DNA of 64,000 nt from Bacilli bacterium. GTDB lineage: Bacteria; Bacillota_I; Bacilli_A; RFN20; CAG-826. How positions within the stretch are numbered: the stretch's first letter is position 1; the number at the start of each line of letters is the position of its first letter. Of the stretch, positions 45,414 to 55,181 are shown piece after piece. The DNA lies in contig JAKSVE010000003.1 in NCBI GenBank assembly GCA_024408295.1, positions 2,043-66,042 on the forward strand, in the 5' to 3' direction. The notes below the pieces were generated by a model that worked only from the letters and a program-made list of their open reading frames with translations, was not told the DNA's origin and did no database searches. The translations under genes and the position numbers were made by a program.

Positions 45414-47492
45414 ATGGCAGAAGAAAACAAGAATCTTGCCGAGGATGCTGAAATCAGCGGCGCCACAAAAGAATCCATCGAAGAAACCGATAAGTTCGCC
45501 TACTCAGGCGTAGAAAAGGTCGATGATTCGCGCAGCATCGAAAAAGCTGATGCAAAGTACACAGGAGAAAACATCCAGGTTCTCGAAGGACTTGAGGCTG
45601 TTAGAAAGCGTCCTGGTATGTACATCGGTACAACCGCATCCGCAGGTTTACACCACCTCGTCTGGGAAATCGTTGATAACGCAATCGACGAAGCTTTGGC
45701 GGGCTACTGTACAAACATCGACGTCATCATCAATGAAGACAACAGCATTACCGTCAAGGATGATGGTCGTGGTATCCCGGTTGATAAGGTTGCAAAATCA
45801 GGATTATCAGGTGTCGAAACTGCCTTTACAATTCTCCATGCAGGTGGAAAGTTCGGCGAAGGCGGCGGCTATAAAGTTTCCGGTGGTTTACATGGTGTCG
45901 GCGCTTCAGTTGTCAACGCATTATCATCATGGTGTGAAGTCATCGTCCACAAGGATGGCGGCATCTTCAAGGTCCGTTTCGAAAACGGCGGTAAGATTGT
46001 TGAGCCACTCCACAGAATCGGAGACGCAGACGATCACGGAACAACCGTTACATTCCTCCCAGACCCTGAGATGTTCACAGAAACACAGGTCTACAACTAC
46101 GACACAATCAAGAATCACTTACGTCAGATGGCATTCTTAAATGCAGGCGTTAAGTTGAATATCACAGACCTCCGCCCAGAGACACCTGTCAAAGAAGAAT
46201 TCGTCTATAACGGCGGTATCAAGGAATACGTCACATTCATCAATACAGCGAAGCTTCCAATCGAACCAAATGTTATTTACTGCTCAGGCGCAGAGACAGT
46301 CACATTGCTCGACGGAACAACCGAAAGAATCTACGCAGAAATCGCAATGCAGTGGACAGACCACTATAACAGCGATGGCGTTTACTCATTCTGTAACAAC
46401 ATCACCACAAAAGAAGGTGGTACACACGTCGAAGGCTTCAACCTTGCAATCAACAGAACAATGAATGATTATGCAAGAAAGACAAAACTCATCGACGACA
46501 AGACACCAAACTTCTCAACAGACGACTGCAAAGAAGGTCTTACCTGCGTCATCTCAGTCAAGCACCCAAACCCACAGTACGAAGGACAGACCAAGACAAA
46601 ACTTGGTAACTCAGAAGTCAGAAAGATCGTTTCATCAATCGTCGGCTCACAGCTCGGACAGTTCTTACTCGAGAACCCAGATGCTGGTAAGGCGATCGTT
46701 GAGAAGATCAAGATGGCATACAAGGGAAGAGTTGCAGCTCAGAAGGCTAGAGAAGCAACGAGAAAAACCGGTCTCGAAATTACAACACTTCCTGGTAAAT
46801 TAGCAGACTGTTCATCAAAAAACCCTGCAGATTGCGAACTTTACATCGTTGAGGGTAACTCAGCAGGCGGTTCCGCAAAGAATGGCAGAGACAGAGAAAC
46901 ACAGGCTATCCTCCCATTGAGAGGTAAGATTCTTAACGTTGAAAAGGCAAGAGAAGAGAGAATCTTCAAAAATGCCGAAATCGGAAACATGATCACCGCT
47001 ATCGGTGCTGGTATCCGTGAGAACTTCGACGTTTCCAAGATCAGATATCACAAAGTCGTCATCATGACCGATGCTGACGTCGACGGCGACCACATCAGAA
47101 TCCTCTTACTCACATTCTTCTACAGATTCATGAGACCACTTATCGAAGGTGGATATGTCTACATCGCACAGCCACCTCTATACAAGATTGATTACAAAGG
47201 TAATCAGTACTATGCATACAACGACAATCAGCTTGAGCAATTGAAGAAGGCTCTCCAGCTTAAAGCGGGATATCCATTCCAGCGTTACAAAGGATTAGGA
47301 GAGATGGATGCGCAGCAGCTTTGGGAAACAACAATGGATCCGAAAGCAAGAAAGATGATCCGTATCACAATCGACGATGCAGCTGAAGCTGAAAAGGCAT
47401 TCTCAGACCTTATGGGCGAAGAGGTTATGCCACGTAAACAATTCATCACAGAAAGAGCTGTCTTCATCAGCCGTGATGATCTCGACATCTAA
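45414..47492 (+). CDS. gyrB: DNA gyrase subunit B
   Basis: ATG at 45414, 8 nt after AGGAGG (track start 45360 is an alternative codon). Motifs: GHKL ATPase (LHHLVWEIVDNAIDE), Toprim (EGNSAGGSAK), PLRGKILNVEKA. Confidence 0.97.
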   Translation: MAEENKNLAEDAEISGATKESIEETDKFAYSGVEKVDDSRSIEKADAKYTGENIQVLEGLEAVRKRPGMYIGTTASAGLHHLVWEIVDNAIDEALAGYCTNIDVIINEDNSITVKDDGRGIPVDKVAKSGLSGVETAFTILHAGGKFGEGGGYKVSGGLHGVGASVVNALSSWCEVIVHKDGGIFKVRFENGGKIVEPLHRIGDADDHGTTVTFLPDPEMFTETQVYNYDTIKNHLRQMAFLNAGVKLNITDLRPETPVKEEFVYNGGIKEYVTFINTAKLPIEPNVIYCSGAETVTLLDGTTERIYAEIAMQWTDHYNSDGVYSFCNNITTKEGGTHVEGFNLAINRTMNDYARKTKLIDDKTPNFSTDDCKEGLTCVISVKHPNPQYEGQTKTKLGNSEVRKIVSSIVGSQLGQFLLENPDAGKAIVEKIKMAYKGRVAAQKAREATRKTGLEITTLPGKLADCSSKNPADCELYIVEGNSAGGSAKNGRDRETQAILPLRGKILNVEKAREERIFKNAEIGNMITAIGAGIRENFDVSKIRYHKVVIMTDADVDGDHIRILLLTFFYRFMRPLIEGGYVYIAQPPLYKIDYKGNQYYAYNDNQLEQLKKALQLKAGYPFQRYKGLGEMDAQQLWETTMDPKARKMIRITIDDAAEAEKAFSDLMGEEVMPRKQFITERAVFISRDDLDI

Positions 47493-47507
47493 GGAAAGGA
47501 GACCACA

Positions 47508-50159
47508 ATGGAAAACGAAGAGAAGAAAATCGAAGAAGCCGTTGAAGAAGAAAACGGCGCAGACGAAACTGCAGCAGCCGGTATCGTTCCTGGATTAATC
47601 GATAGAGAAATCACAGAAGAAGTTCATACAGCATTCTTAGCATACTCAATGTCAGTCATCGTCTCACGTGCTATCCCAGACGTAAGAGACGGTCTCAAAC
47701 CAGTTCAGAGAAGAATCATCTACGGTATGGATGAATCCGGCATGCAGCCAGGAAAACCATACAAGAAATCTGCTCGTATCGTCGGTGATGTCATGGGTAA
47801 ATATCACCCACACGGCGACTCCGCATTATACGGTACATTAGTCAGATTAGCTCAGCCATTCTCACTTAGATACACATTAGTCGATGGTCACGGTAACTTC
47901 GGTGACATCGATGGTGATGAAGCTGCAGCTATGCGTTACACCGAAGCTAGAATGAACAAGCTTGCGGTTGAAATGGTCAGAGACTTAGACAAGGACACAG
48001 TCGATTTCGTCGATAACTATGACGGCACAGAAAAAGAACCATCAGTTCTCCCATCAAGAATCCCTAACTTAATCGTTAACGGTTCTGAAGGTATCGCTGT
48101 TGGTATGGCAACAAACATGGCTCCACATAACCTCACCGAGGCTATCAATGCAGTCATTGCAGTTGCACGTAACCCAGAAATCACAGTCGAAGAATTAATC
48201 AGAGACTACATCCCAGGACCTGACTTCCCAACTGGAGGTATCATCCTTGGAAGACAAGGCATCGTCGATGCATACAAGACCGGTACTGGTACAATCACCA
48301 TCCGTTCAAAATATCACATCGAAGAGATGGCTAATGGCAAATCAAGAATCATTATCACAGAGATCCCATATCAGGTTAACAAGGCCGCAATGGTCGAGAA
48401 CATGGCAGAACTCGTTAGGGATAAGACAATCGAAGGTATCACCGATATCCGCGATGAATCTAACAAGGAAGGTATCCGTGTTGTCATCGAGGTTAAGCAC
48501 GATGTAATTCCAGAAATCGTTGCAAATAATCTCTTAAAGCACACTGCAATGCAGACCAACTTCGGTATCATCAACCTTTGCTTGGTCAACAACGCACCAA
48601 AGATTCTCGGCATGAAGGAACTCCTTCAGAACTACATCGACTTCCAGATTGATGTTCTCACAAGAAGAACAAAGAAGCTCTTGGAAATCGACGAAAAGAG
48701 AGATCACATCGTCCAGGGTTTGATCTTAGCTCACGACCATATCGATGAAGTTATTCAGATCATCAGAAGCTCAAAGAACGATGAAGAATCAACAGGAAAG
48801 TTAAAAGAAACATTCGGATTAACAGACGAGCAGGTTGCTCCAATCCTCGCAATGCCATTAAGGAGATTGCAGGGACTCGAGCAGGACAAGCTCCACGCTG
48901 AACACGACCAGTTGACAGCTAACATCGCTGAATACCACAGATTGTTATCCGATAGAGCAAACATCGTCGAACTCCTCATCAAGGAAATCTCAGAAATCCA
49001 GAGAAGATTCGGAGACGACAGACTCACAACAATCACAGATGATGCAGCAAACATCGATAACGAAGACCTCTTACCACAGGAAGATATCGTCGTTGTCCTT
49101 ACAAAGAACGGCTACATCAAGAGAATGAATGACAAGACATTCCGTACTCAGAATAGAGGCGGAAGAGGTGTTAAGGGTGTCTCAACAACCAATGGCGACA
49201 TGGTCAGAATCATCCGCCACACAAAGACACACACCGACATCTTATTCTTCTCATCACTTGGAAAAGTCTACAGATTACGTGGATATATGATCCCAGACGG
49301 AAATAGAGAATTCCGCGGAATCCCTGCAGTTAACCTCTTAAAACTCGACAATTCAGTCGAAGAGAGAATAGTTTCAATCGTCGCTTGCGATGACTACAAC
49401 CCTAACGACTTCTTACTCTTCGCAACCGTTAAGGGTCTTGTTAAGAGAACATCACTCTCGGAATACGAATCAATCCACAACAACGGTAAGCGCGCTATCG
49501 GCTTAAGAGAAGGCGATGAACTCTTAGATGTTAAGAGAACAAATGGTGACGCAATCGTTTCACTTGCAGCTAATACCGGTAAGGTTTGCTCATTCCACGA
49601 AAATGACATCAGACCAATGGGTAGAGACGCAACAGGTGTTAAGGGTATTGAAATCGACGATTCAGCAGCAGTCGTAGACATCACAACATCCAACGAAGGC
49701 GATAAGCTCTTAGTCTTAACCACAACCGGCTACGGTAAGATCTCATATGCTAAGGACACAGATGTCACAGACGAAAACGGAAATGTTCACCACTACGACG
49801 GTTATCGTCTTACAACAAGAGGCGCAAAGGGTGTCCTCTCGCTTAAGACAAGTGGCAAGAACGGTGAAATCACCGCTATGAGAGCAATCAATGGCGATGA
49901 AGACTTAATGATCATCACCAATAAGGGTATTGTTATCAGAACTCCAATCTCACAGATTAAGATTGCTGGTAGAAATACTCAGGGTGTTAAGATCATCAAC
50001 CTCGAACCACACAACAAGGTTGCAGCTATCACAATCGTTCCACACGCTGATGAAAGCGAGGAAGTCGAGGAGGTCGTTGTCGAGGAGGAAATCAATCCAT
50101 CACTCGTCGCACCAAGCGAGGAAGAAGTTGTTGTCGTCACACCTGATGACGTCGAATAA
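47508..50159 (+). CDS. gyrA: DNA gyrase subunit A
   Basis: 883 aa. AAAMRYTE holds the active-site Tyr. [20 protein letters not shown] (QRDR region), beta-pinwheel CTD, acidic tail. Confidence 0.97.
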   Translation: MENEEKKIEEAVEEENGADETAAAGIVPGLIDREITEEVHTAFLAYSMSVIVSRAIPDVRDGLKPVQRRIIYGMDESGMQPGKPYKKSARIVGDVMGKYHPHGDSALYGTLVRLAQPFSLRYTLVDGHGNFGDIDGDEAAAMRYTEARMNKLAVEMVRDLDKDTVDFVDNYDGTEKEPSVLPSRIPNLIVNGSEGIAVGMATNMAPHNLTEAINAVIAVARNPEITVEELIRDYIPGPDFPTGGIILGRQGIVDAYKTGTGTITIRSKYHIEEMANGKSRIIITEIPYQVNKAAMVENMAELVRDKTIEGITDIRDESNKEGIRVVIEVKHDVIPEIVANNLLKHTAMQTNFGIINLCLVNNAPKILGMKELLQNYIDFQIDVLTRRTKKLLEIDEKRDHIVQGLILAHDHIDEVIQIIRSSKNDEESTGKLKETFGLTDEQVAPILAMPLRRLQGLEQDKLHAEHDQLTANIAEYHRLLSDRANIVELLIKEISEIQRRFGDDRLTTITDDAANIDNEDLLPQEDIVVVLTKNGYIKRMNDKTFRTQNRGGRGVKGVSTTNGDMVRIIRHTKTHTDILFFSSLGKVYRLRGYMIPDGNREFRGIPAVNLLKLDNSVEERIVSIVACDDYNPNDFLLFATVKGLVKRTSLSEYESIHNNGKRAIGLREGDELLDVKRTNGDAIVSLAANTGKVCSFHENDIRPMGRDATGVKGIEIDDSAAVVDITTSNEGDKLLVLTTTGYGKISYAKDTDVTDENGNVHHYDGYRLTTRGAKGVLSLKTSGKNGEITAMRAINGDEDLMIITNKGIVIRTPISQIKIAGRNTQGVKIINLEPHNKVAAITIVPHADESEEVEEVVVEEEINPSLVAPSEEEVVVVTPDDVE

Positions 50160-50176
50160 TTCCGATAATCAAGATT

Positions 50177-50210
50177 AAAGGCCGGGGATCAAACCTTGGT
50201 CTTTTTCTTT
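50177..50210 (+). terminator. Intrinsic terminator after gyrA
   Basis: 11-bp stem 50177-50187 / 50194-50204 including G-U pairs, loop AUCAAA, followed by TTCTTT. Confidence 0.6.
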
Positions 50211-50361
50211 CAATAACACAGCAAAAATCCATAAATACGCAGGTTTTGCAGTGATTTTAAACTAAAATATAGAACCAAAGATTTCAAAGATTACTTCTTT
50301 GATTATTGAAAATCACTTTAATAGAGAGTATAAATCGCTTTAAGCGATAAGGAGTCGTAAG

Positions 50362-51642
50362 ATGATTGATTTAAAATTAATTGAAGAAAAGCCTGAATAT
50401 GTCAAAGAGGCTTTAGCTAAAAAAGGCTGGGAATTCGACCCTCAGCCATTACTTGCTCTCATCACAAAGAGACGTGAGTTGATCAGAAGCGTCGAAGCAA
50501 ATAAAGCTGAGCAGAACAAGCTTTCCGCTAGCGTACCAGCGGTCAAGAAGGCTGGTGGCAATGTCCAGGAAATCTTCGCTCAGGTTAAGGCTTTGGCAGC
50601 TGAGAACAAAGACAAGGAAGTCGAACTAAAGAATGTTGAGGCTGAAATTAAAGCAACAGTTGAAGTTCTCCCAAATATGCCAGACCCAGATTTAGAAGCT
50701 GGTGCAAAGGAAAACAACAAGCCATTCTATGTTTTCGGAAAGAAACCAGAATTCTCATTCAAAGCAAAGGATCATGTCGAATTAGCTGAATCACTTGGCT
50801 TAATCGACTACAAGAGAGCTGCAAAGATCTCTGGTTCAGGCACATGGGTTTACACCGGTCTTGGTGCACAGCTTGAATGGGCACTCCTAAACTACTTCAT
50901 CTCAACACACATTGCTGATGGATACACAATGATGCTCGTTCCACACATCTTAAATGAAGAATCAGGTTATACAGCTGGACAGTTCCCTAAGTTCAAGGAA
51001 GATGTTTTCTGGCTCGAAGACAGCGAACCTCGCAAATTCATCTTACCAACCGCAGAAACAGCATTAGTTAACATCCACAGAGACGAAGTTCTCTCGGTCG
51101 ATGACCTCCCAAAGAAATATTTCGCTTATACACCATGCTATCGTAAAGAAGCGGGAAGCTATAGAACAGAAGAAAGAGGCATGATTCGTGGCTATCAGTT
51201 CGACAAAGTCGAAATGGTTCAGTACACAACGGATGATGGCTCTGATGTCGCATTCGACGAATTAGTCAAAAAAGCGCAGGCTTTACTTGAAGGTTTAGGA
51301 CTTCACTACCAGTTAGATAAGCTTGCTGCAGGCGACTGCTCACACTCAATGGCAAGAACATATGACATTGAAGTCTGGATCCCATCAATGGGAATCTACA
51401 AAGAAGTCTCATCAGTTTCAAACGCAAGAGACTACCAGGCAAGACGTGGTATGATCCGTTACAAAGACAAAGATGGAAAGATGCATTTCTGCCACACATT
51501 AAACGGTTCAGGACTCGCAACATCCAGAGTCTATCCAGCTCTTCTTGAACAGAACCAGCAGGAAGACGGATCAGTCATCATTCCAGAGGTCTTAAGACCT
51601 TGGATGGGTGGATTAAGCGTATTAAAGCCTATCAAGAAATAA
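50362..51642 (+). CDS. serS: Serine--tRNA ligase
   Basis: 426 aa. N-terminal coiled-coil arm and class II motifs (YTPCYRKEAGS, FDKVEMVQY, TLNGSGLATSR). AAGGAG lies upstream. Confidence 0.97.
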   Translation: MIDLKLIEEKPEYVKEALAKKGWEFDPQPLLALITKRRELIRSVEANKAEQNKLSASVPAVKKAGGNVQEIFAQVKALAAENKDKEVELKNVEAEIKATVEVLPNMPDPDLEAGAKENNKPFYVFGKKPEFSFKAKDHVELAESLGLIDYKRAAKISGSGTWVYTGLGAQLEWALLNYFISTHIADGYTMMLVPHILNEESGYTAGQFPKFKEDVFWLEDSEPRKFILPTAETALVNIHRDEVLSVDDLPKKYFAYTPCYRKEAGSYRTEERGMIRGYQFDKVEMVQYTTDDGSDVAFDELVKKAQALLEGLGLHYQLDKLAAGDCSHSMARTYDIEVWIPSMGIYKEVSSVSNARDYQARRGMIRYKDKDGKMHFCHTLNGSGLATSRVYPALLEQNQQEDGSVIIPEVLRPWMGGLSVLKPIKK

Positions 51643-51663
51643 AAATTAATGTATAATAATTAA

Positions 51664-51745
51664 GCCATCGCGAGGAGTACTCTTCGAACCAGGTCAGGTG
51701 GGGAACCAAGCAGCCTTAAGATCAGAACCCCTGTGCGGTGGTTTT
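51664..51745 (+). ncRNA. ffs: Small (4.5S-type) signal recognition particle RNA
   Basis: ACCAGGUCAGGUGGGGAACCAAGCAGCC matches the conserved SRP domain IV (E. coli ACCAGGUCAGGUCCGGAAGGAAGCAGCC) with a GGAA tetraloop. The ends pair (GCCAUCGC / GCGGUGGU). Followed by a U-tract. Confidence 0.8.
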
Positions 51746-51767
51746 CTATTTGGTTTATAATTTAGTC

Positions 51768-52220
51768 ATGAATGATGAAATCTACATGGAAGAGGCTTTA
51801 AACGAAGCCGAGAAAGCGTACCAGGAGAATGAAGTTCCTGTTGGTGCAGTTGTCGTCTTAAACGGTAAGATAATCGGAAGGGGACACAACAGACGCGAAA
51901 GTCTTCTAGATATTTCATCACACGCAGAAATAGAAGCCATCAAAGATGCATCTAAAACCTTAGGATCATGGAAATTGGATGAATGCACATTATATGTGAC
52001 TTTAGAGCCTTGTTTGATGTGTAGCGGCGCAATACTTCAATCCAGAGTATCTAGAGTCGTGTTCGGCTCGAAAGATCCAAAAGACGGTGGAATAATCAGC
52101 AAGTATTATGTGTTCGATACACCTTGTGATCACGAGAGACCTTTGATTAACGGTGGTGTTCTAGAAGAGAAATGTTCCTCTTTATTAAAAGAGTTTTTCG
52201 AAGGCAAAAGAAAAGTATAG
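51768..52220 (+). CDS. tadA: tRNA-specific adenosine deaminase
   Basis: ATG at 51768 (track start 51738 would overlap the SRP RNA). Zinc-deaminase motifs HAEIEAI and PCLMCSGA. Confidence 0.9.
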   Translation: MNDEIYMEEALNEAEKAYQENEVPVGAVVVLNGKIIGRGHNRRESLLDISSHAEIEAIKDASKTLGSWKLDECTLYVTLEPCLMCSGAILQSRVSRVVFGSKDPKDGGIISKYYVFDTPCDHERPLINGGVLEEKCSSLLKEFFEGKRKV

Positions 52221-52268
52221 ACAGTGTCTAACCTTTTTGACACAAGTCTAAAAAATAGTAAAAAAGTT

Positions 52269-52287
52269 TCGATATAGTCTATATCGA
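52269..52287. promoter_or_regulatory. Perfect 19-bp palindrome upstream of the ABC/ATPase/psuG/TetR chain (candidate operator)
   Basis: TCGATATAG-T-CTATATCGA, 18 nt upstream of the ATG at 52305. Confidence 0.35.
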
Positions 52288-52304
52288 TGTGATATATTTT
52301 TATT

Positions 52305-55181
52305 ATGGTTGAGTTAGTGAATATAGTAAAAAACTATATTGTCGATAAGCAAGAATACCCTGCACTCAAAGGAATCTCGCTTAAGATCGGCGACAAAGGC
52401 ATTGTCGCAATTTTAGGCCAGTCCGGATGTGGAAAGACCACCTTGCTCAATATTATTGGTGGATTAGATAGATTCACATCCGGTGACATGATCATCAACG
52501 GTGAATCCACAACCTCATTCACGCAGCAAAGATGGGATGCATATAGAAATGAGAAACTCGGCTTTGTCTTCCAAAGCTACAACCTCATCCCGCATAAAAA
52601 TGTATATTCAAACGTTGAAGTCCCTCTTTCACTTAACGGCATGCCTGCCGATAAGAGAAAAGAATTGATCTTAGGTGCGTTAGCAAGAGTTGGCCTCTCC
52701 GGATTAGAAAAGAAGAAGCCAAATCAATTATCTGGCGGACAAGCTCAAAGAGTTGCTATCGCTAGAGCGATTGTAAATAACCCAGAAATCGTCTTGGCAG
52801 ATGAACCAACGGGCGCTTTAGATTCCCAGACATCTATCCAAGTCATGGATTTGTTCAAGGAAATCGCAAAAGACCGCGTCGTTGTTTTAGTCACTCACAA
52901 TAGAGAGTTAGCCGAACAGTATGCCAATAGAATCATCGAGATGAAAGATGGTGAAATCATTGCTGATTCCGAACAAAATAGAGAAATTGTAGAGAAAACA
53001 GAACACCAGGATATCCCAAAAAAGACTCACATGAGCCTTTGGGCATGCATAAAAACATCATTAACCAATATCAAGACAAAGAAAGGTAGAACAATCATCA
53101 CCGCGATAGCATCCAGCTTTGGTGTTGTCGGTGTTTCTCTCGTTCTTGCGGTTTCCAATGGATTCACAGGCTTTGTTAAGCGAGTAGAAGCATCTCTTGC
53201 CTCAACCGCTCCGATCTCAATAACAAAAACACAATACAGCTATTTCTCAAATTCAGAGAAACTAAACACCGTTGAATTCCCGGATGACGGAAAACTTTAT
53301 CCTTTGGATACATCTAGTGATTCATATGTCAGCCACACAAATCACTTTACCCAGAAATACATCGATGAAGTCTTAAATCCTTTGGTGGATGAAGGAATTG
53401 CTTCATCCGTTTTGGTGAACAGAACCAGCCTAAGCTTTAACATCATTACGGAAGAAGGTGTTGGTTCTGGCTCTGGAAGTTATAGGCACATCAACCAATA
53501 CAACAGCGCAGGCTCTTATGGCGGTGGAATCGCTCAAGTTACATCACTTCCTGCAACAATTTTCCACGAACTTTATCTTCCAGAAGAAGGATTAACCGAA
53601 ACATATGATGTAATCTATGGCAAATATCCGCAAAACATGAATGAAATAGTTTTGATCACGGATAGCTACAACCAAATTGAGGCAAACGTTTTAAGAAAGC
53701 TTGGTTTCTATGCAGAAGGCGATCCGATGAACCAACCAATCGACTTTAAGGACATCGTTACCACCGATAGTCATGAAGGCAAGAAATACAAAGCCTATAG
53801 AAATTCCGACTATTACAAGAACGAAGGATTACACCCAGAAAGAGAAGAATACATCGTTTCTCCAACTTTGCAGTTGGATGGAACTCTCAAATTCACCGGA
53901 GTCAGAAAAAACAAGGTGTTCAACACTTTCATCAAAGACTTCTACGAAAGCGATTCAGACGGTATGGGTTATATATATAACCACGATGCTGAATACAATC
54001 CGATTGAATTAAAGATAGTCGGTGTTTTAAGACCTTCAAAAGGCAGCTACATCTCACTTATGCCGGGCTCTATCGGTTATCTCCAATCCCTCAAAGATGA
54101 AATTGTCAAAGACACGGTAGAAAATTGCAAGGAGCTGCATGAAACCGCAACGTCAAGCTTCTACATCCCATACATAATCGATGGAGAAAATGGATTGGAT
54201 AGAATCAATAGAACTATCAATGAAGTATATTCCACAATGAGAGATTTGGATGACGATAACATGGCTTCACTTTTATCCGGAAATCTCATCAATAGCATTG
54301 CTAATTGCATTAATTTCAATTATTTCTTCGTTGAAAGAGAGAATTCCACATCTTCTTGGTATCCTGGAAATTGCGGATCTTACAACACGTTCTTCTCGCT
54401 TGCAAAGAATATCGGCGCTGACTTCCATGAGGACCAAGTCGCAAGTGTCATGGATGATCTTTTATATGGCACGAAAGCCGAAAAGGAAAACGCAAAAGAT
54501 AAGCTTCTAAACAAATTCTTATCCCCAGACTTCTACACCCCTGGATGGTATGACGACAACGATTTTAATGTTGTTGACTTGATTGCATACCACGCATCCT
54601 TCTCATTGATTGAATCAATCCTCGTCTTCCCAGCCGATTTGACTCTTAAGGCCGATTTGATTGCTAGATTAGACAACTACAATGCTGCTCAGTCTGATAA
54701 TGGCACAAGAATCTATTACTCAGACATCATGTCCACGGTTACCGATTCTGTTGGTATGCTTGTTGGAGCGTTATCAAGCGTCCTTATCGTGTTTGCCGGC
54801 ATTTCCTTGGTTGTCAGTTGCATAATGACTGCAATCATCACATATGTATCTGTTATCGAACGAACAAAAGAAATCGGAGTTCTTAGAGCGTGTGGTGCTA
54901 GAAGGCTAGATGTCAGCCGCCTGTTCCAATCCGAATGCTCGATGATTGGTCTGGCATCAGGGTTGATTGGAGTTGGTTTTGCCGCTGTTTTATGCCTTCC
55001 TTTGAATCTTATTGTAAATGCGATGTTCCCATCATACAGAATTGGATCTATCGCTGTTTTGAGTCCGATTGCAGCAATATCCCTTATTGTTTTATCAATC
55101 GGTTTGGCGTTGCTTTCTGGATTAATTCCAGCAAGAATCGCAGCACACAAAGACCCTGTGTTGGCCCTTAGGAGCGAATAA
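52305..55181 (+). CDS. Fused ABC transporter ATP-binding protein/permease (MacB/FtsX type) with very large extracytoplasmic domain
   Basis: 958 aa. N-terminal NBD (GQSGCGKTT, LSGGQAQR, VLADEPT). TM1 near aa 255-280, about 540 aa of non-membrane sequence, then a C-terminal FtsX-type 3-TM bundle. Confidence 0.85.
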   Translation: MVELVNIVKNYIVDKQEYPALKGISLKIGDKGIVAILGQSGCGKTTLLNIIGGLDRFTSGDMIINGESTTSFTQQRWDAYRNEKLGFVFQSYNLIPHKNVYSNVEVPLSLNGMPADKRKELILGALARVGLSGLEKKKPNQLSGGQAQRVAIARAIVNNPEIVLADEPTGALDSQTSIQVMDLFKEIAKDRVVVLVTHNRELAEQYANRIIEMKDGEIIADSEQNREIVEKTEHQDIPKKTHMSLWACIKTSLTNIKTKKGRTIITAIASSFGVVGVSLVLAVSNGFTGFVKRVEASLASTAPISITKTQYSYFSNSEKLNTVEFPDDGKLYPLDTSSDSYVSHTNHFTQKYIDEVLNPLVDEGIASSVLVNRTSLSFNIITEEGVGSGSGSYRHINQYNSAGSYGGGIAQVTSLPATIFHELYLPEEGLTETYDVIYGKYPQNMNEIVLITDSYNQIEANVLRKLGFYAEGDPMNQPIDFKDIVTTDSHEGKKYKAYRNSDYYKNEGLHPEREEYIVSPTLQLDGTLKFTGVRKNKVFNTFIKDFYESDSDGMGYIYNHDAEYNPIELKIVGVLRPSKGSYISLMPGSIGYLQSLKDEIVKDTVENCKELHETATSSFYIPYIIDGENGLDRINRTINEVYSTMRDLDDDNMASLLSGNLINSIANCINFNYFFVERENSTSSWYPGNCGSYNTFFSLAKNIGADFHEDQVASVMDDLLYGTKAEKENAKDKLLNKFLSPDFYTPGWYDDNDFNVVDLIAYHASFSLIESILVFPADLTLKADLIARLDNYNAAQSDNGTRIYYSDIMSTVTDSVGMLVGALSSVLIVFAGISLVVSCIMTAIITYVSVIERTKEIGVLRACGARRLDVSRLFQSECSMIGLASGLIGVGFAAVLCLPLNLIVNAMFPSYRIGSIAVLSPIAAISLIVLSIGLALLSGLIPARIAAHKDPVLALRSE

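Noticed and set aside
45523-46140. 205-aa off-frame ORF within gyrB, and similar internal ORFs in gyrB, gyrA, ftsH, mfd, lysS and other core genes
   Set aside because: They are embedded in highly conserved housekeeping CDSs, have skewed composition, and lack start signals.
50211-50361. Possible T-box leaders upstream of serS (also checked upstream of lysS at 16006-16053)
   Set aside because: No T-box consensus (AAnnnGGGTGGTACCGCG-like), specifier-loop architecture or terminator/antiterminator pair is visible, and the regions are too short.
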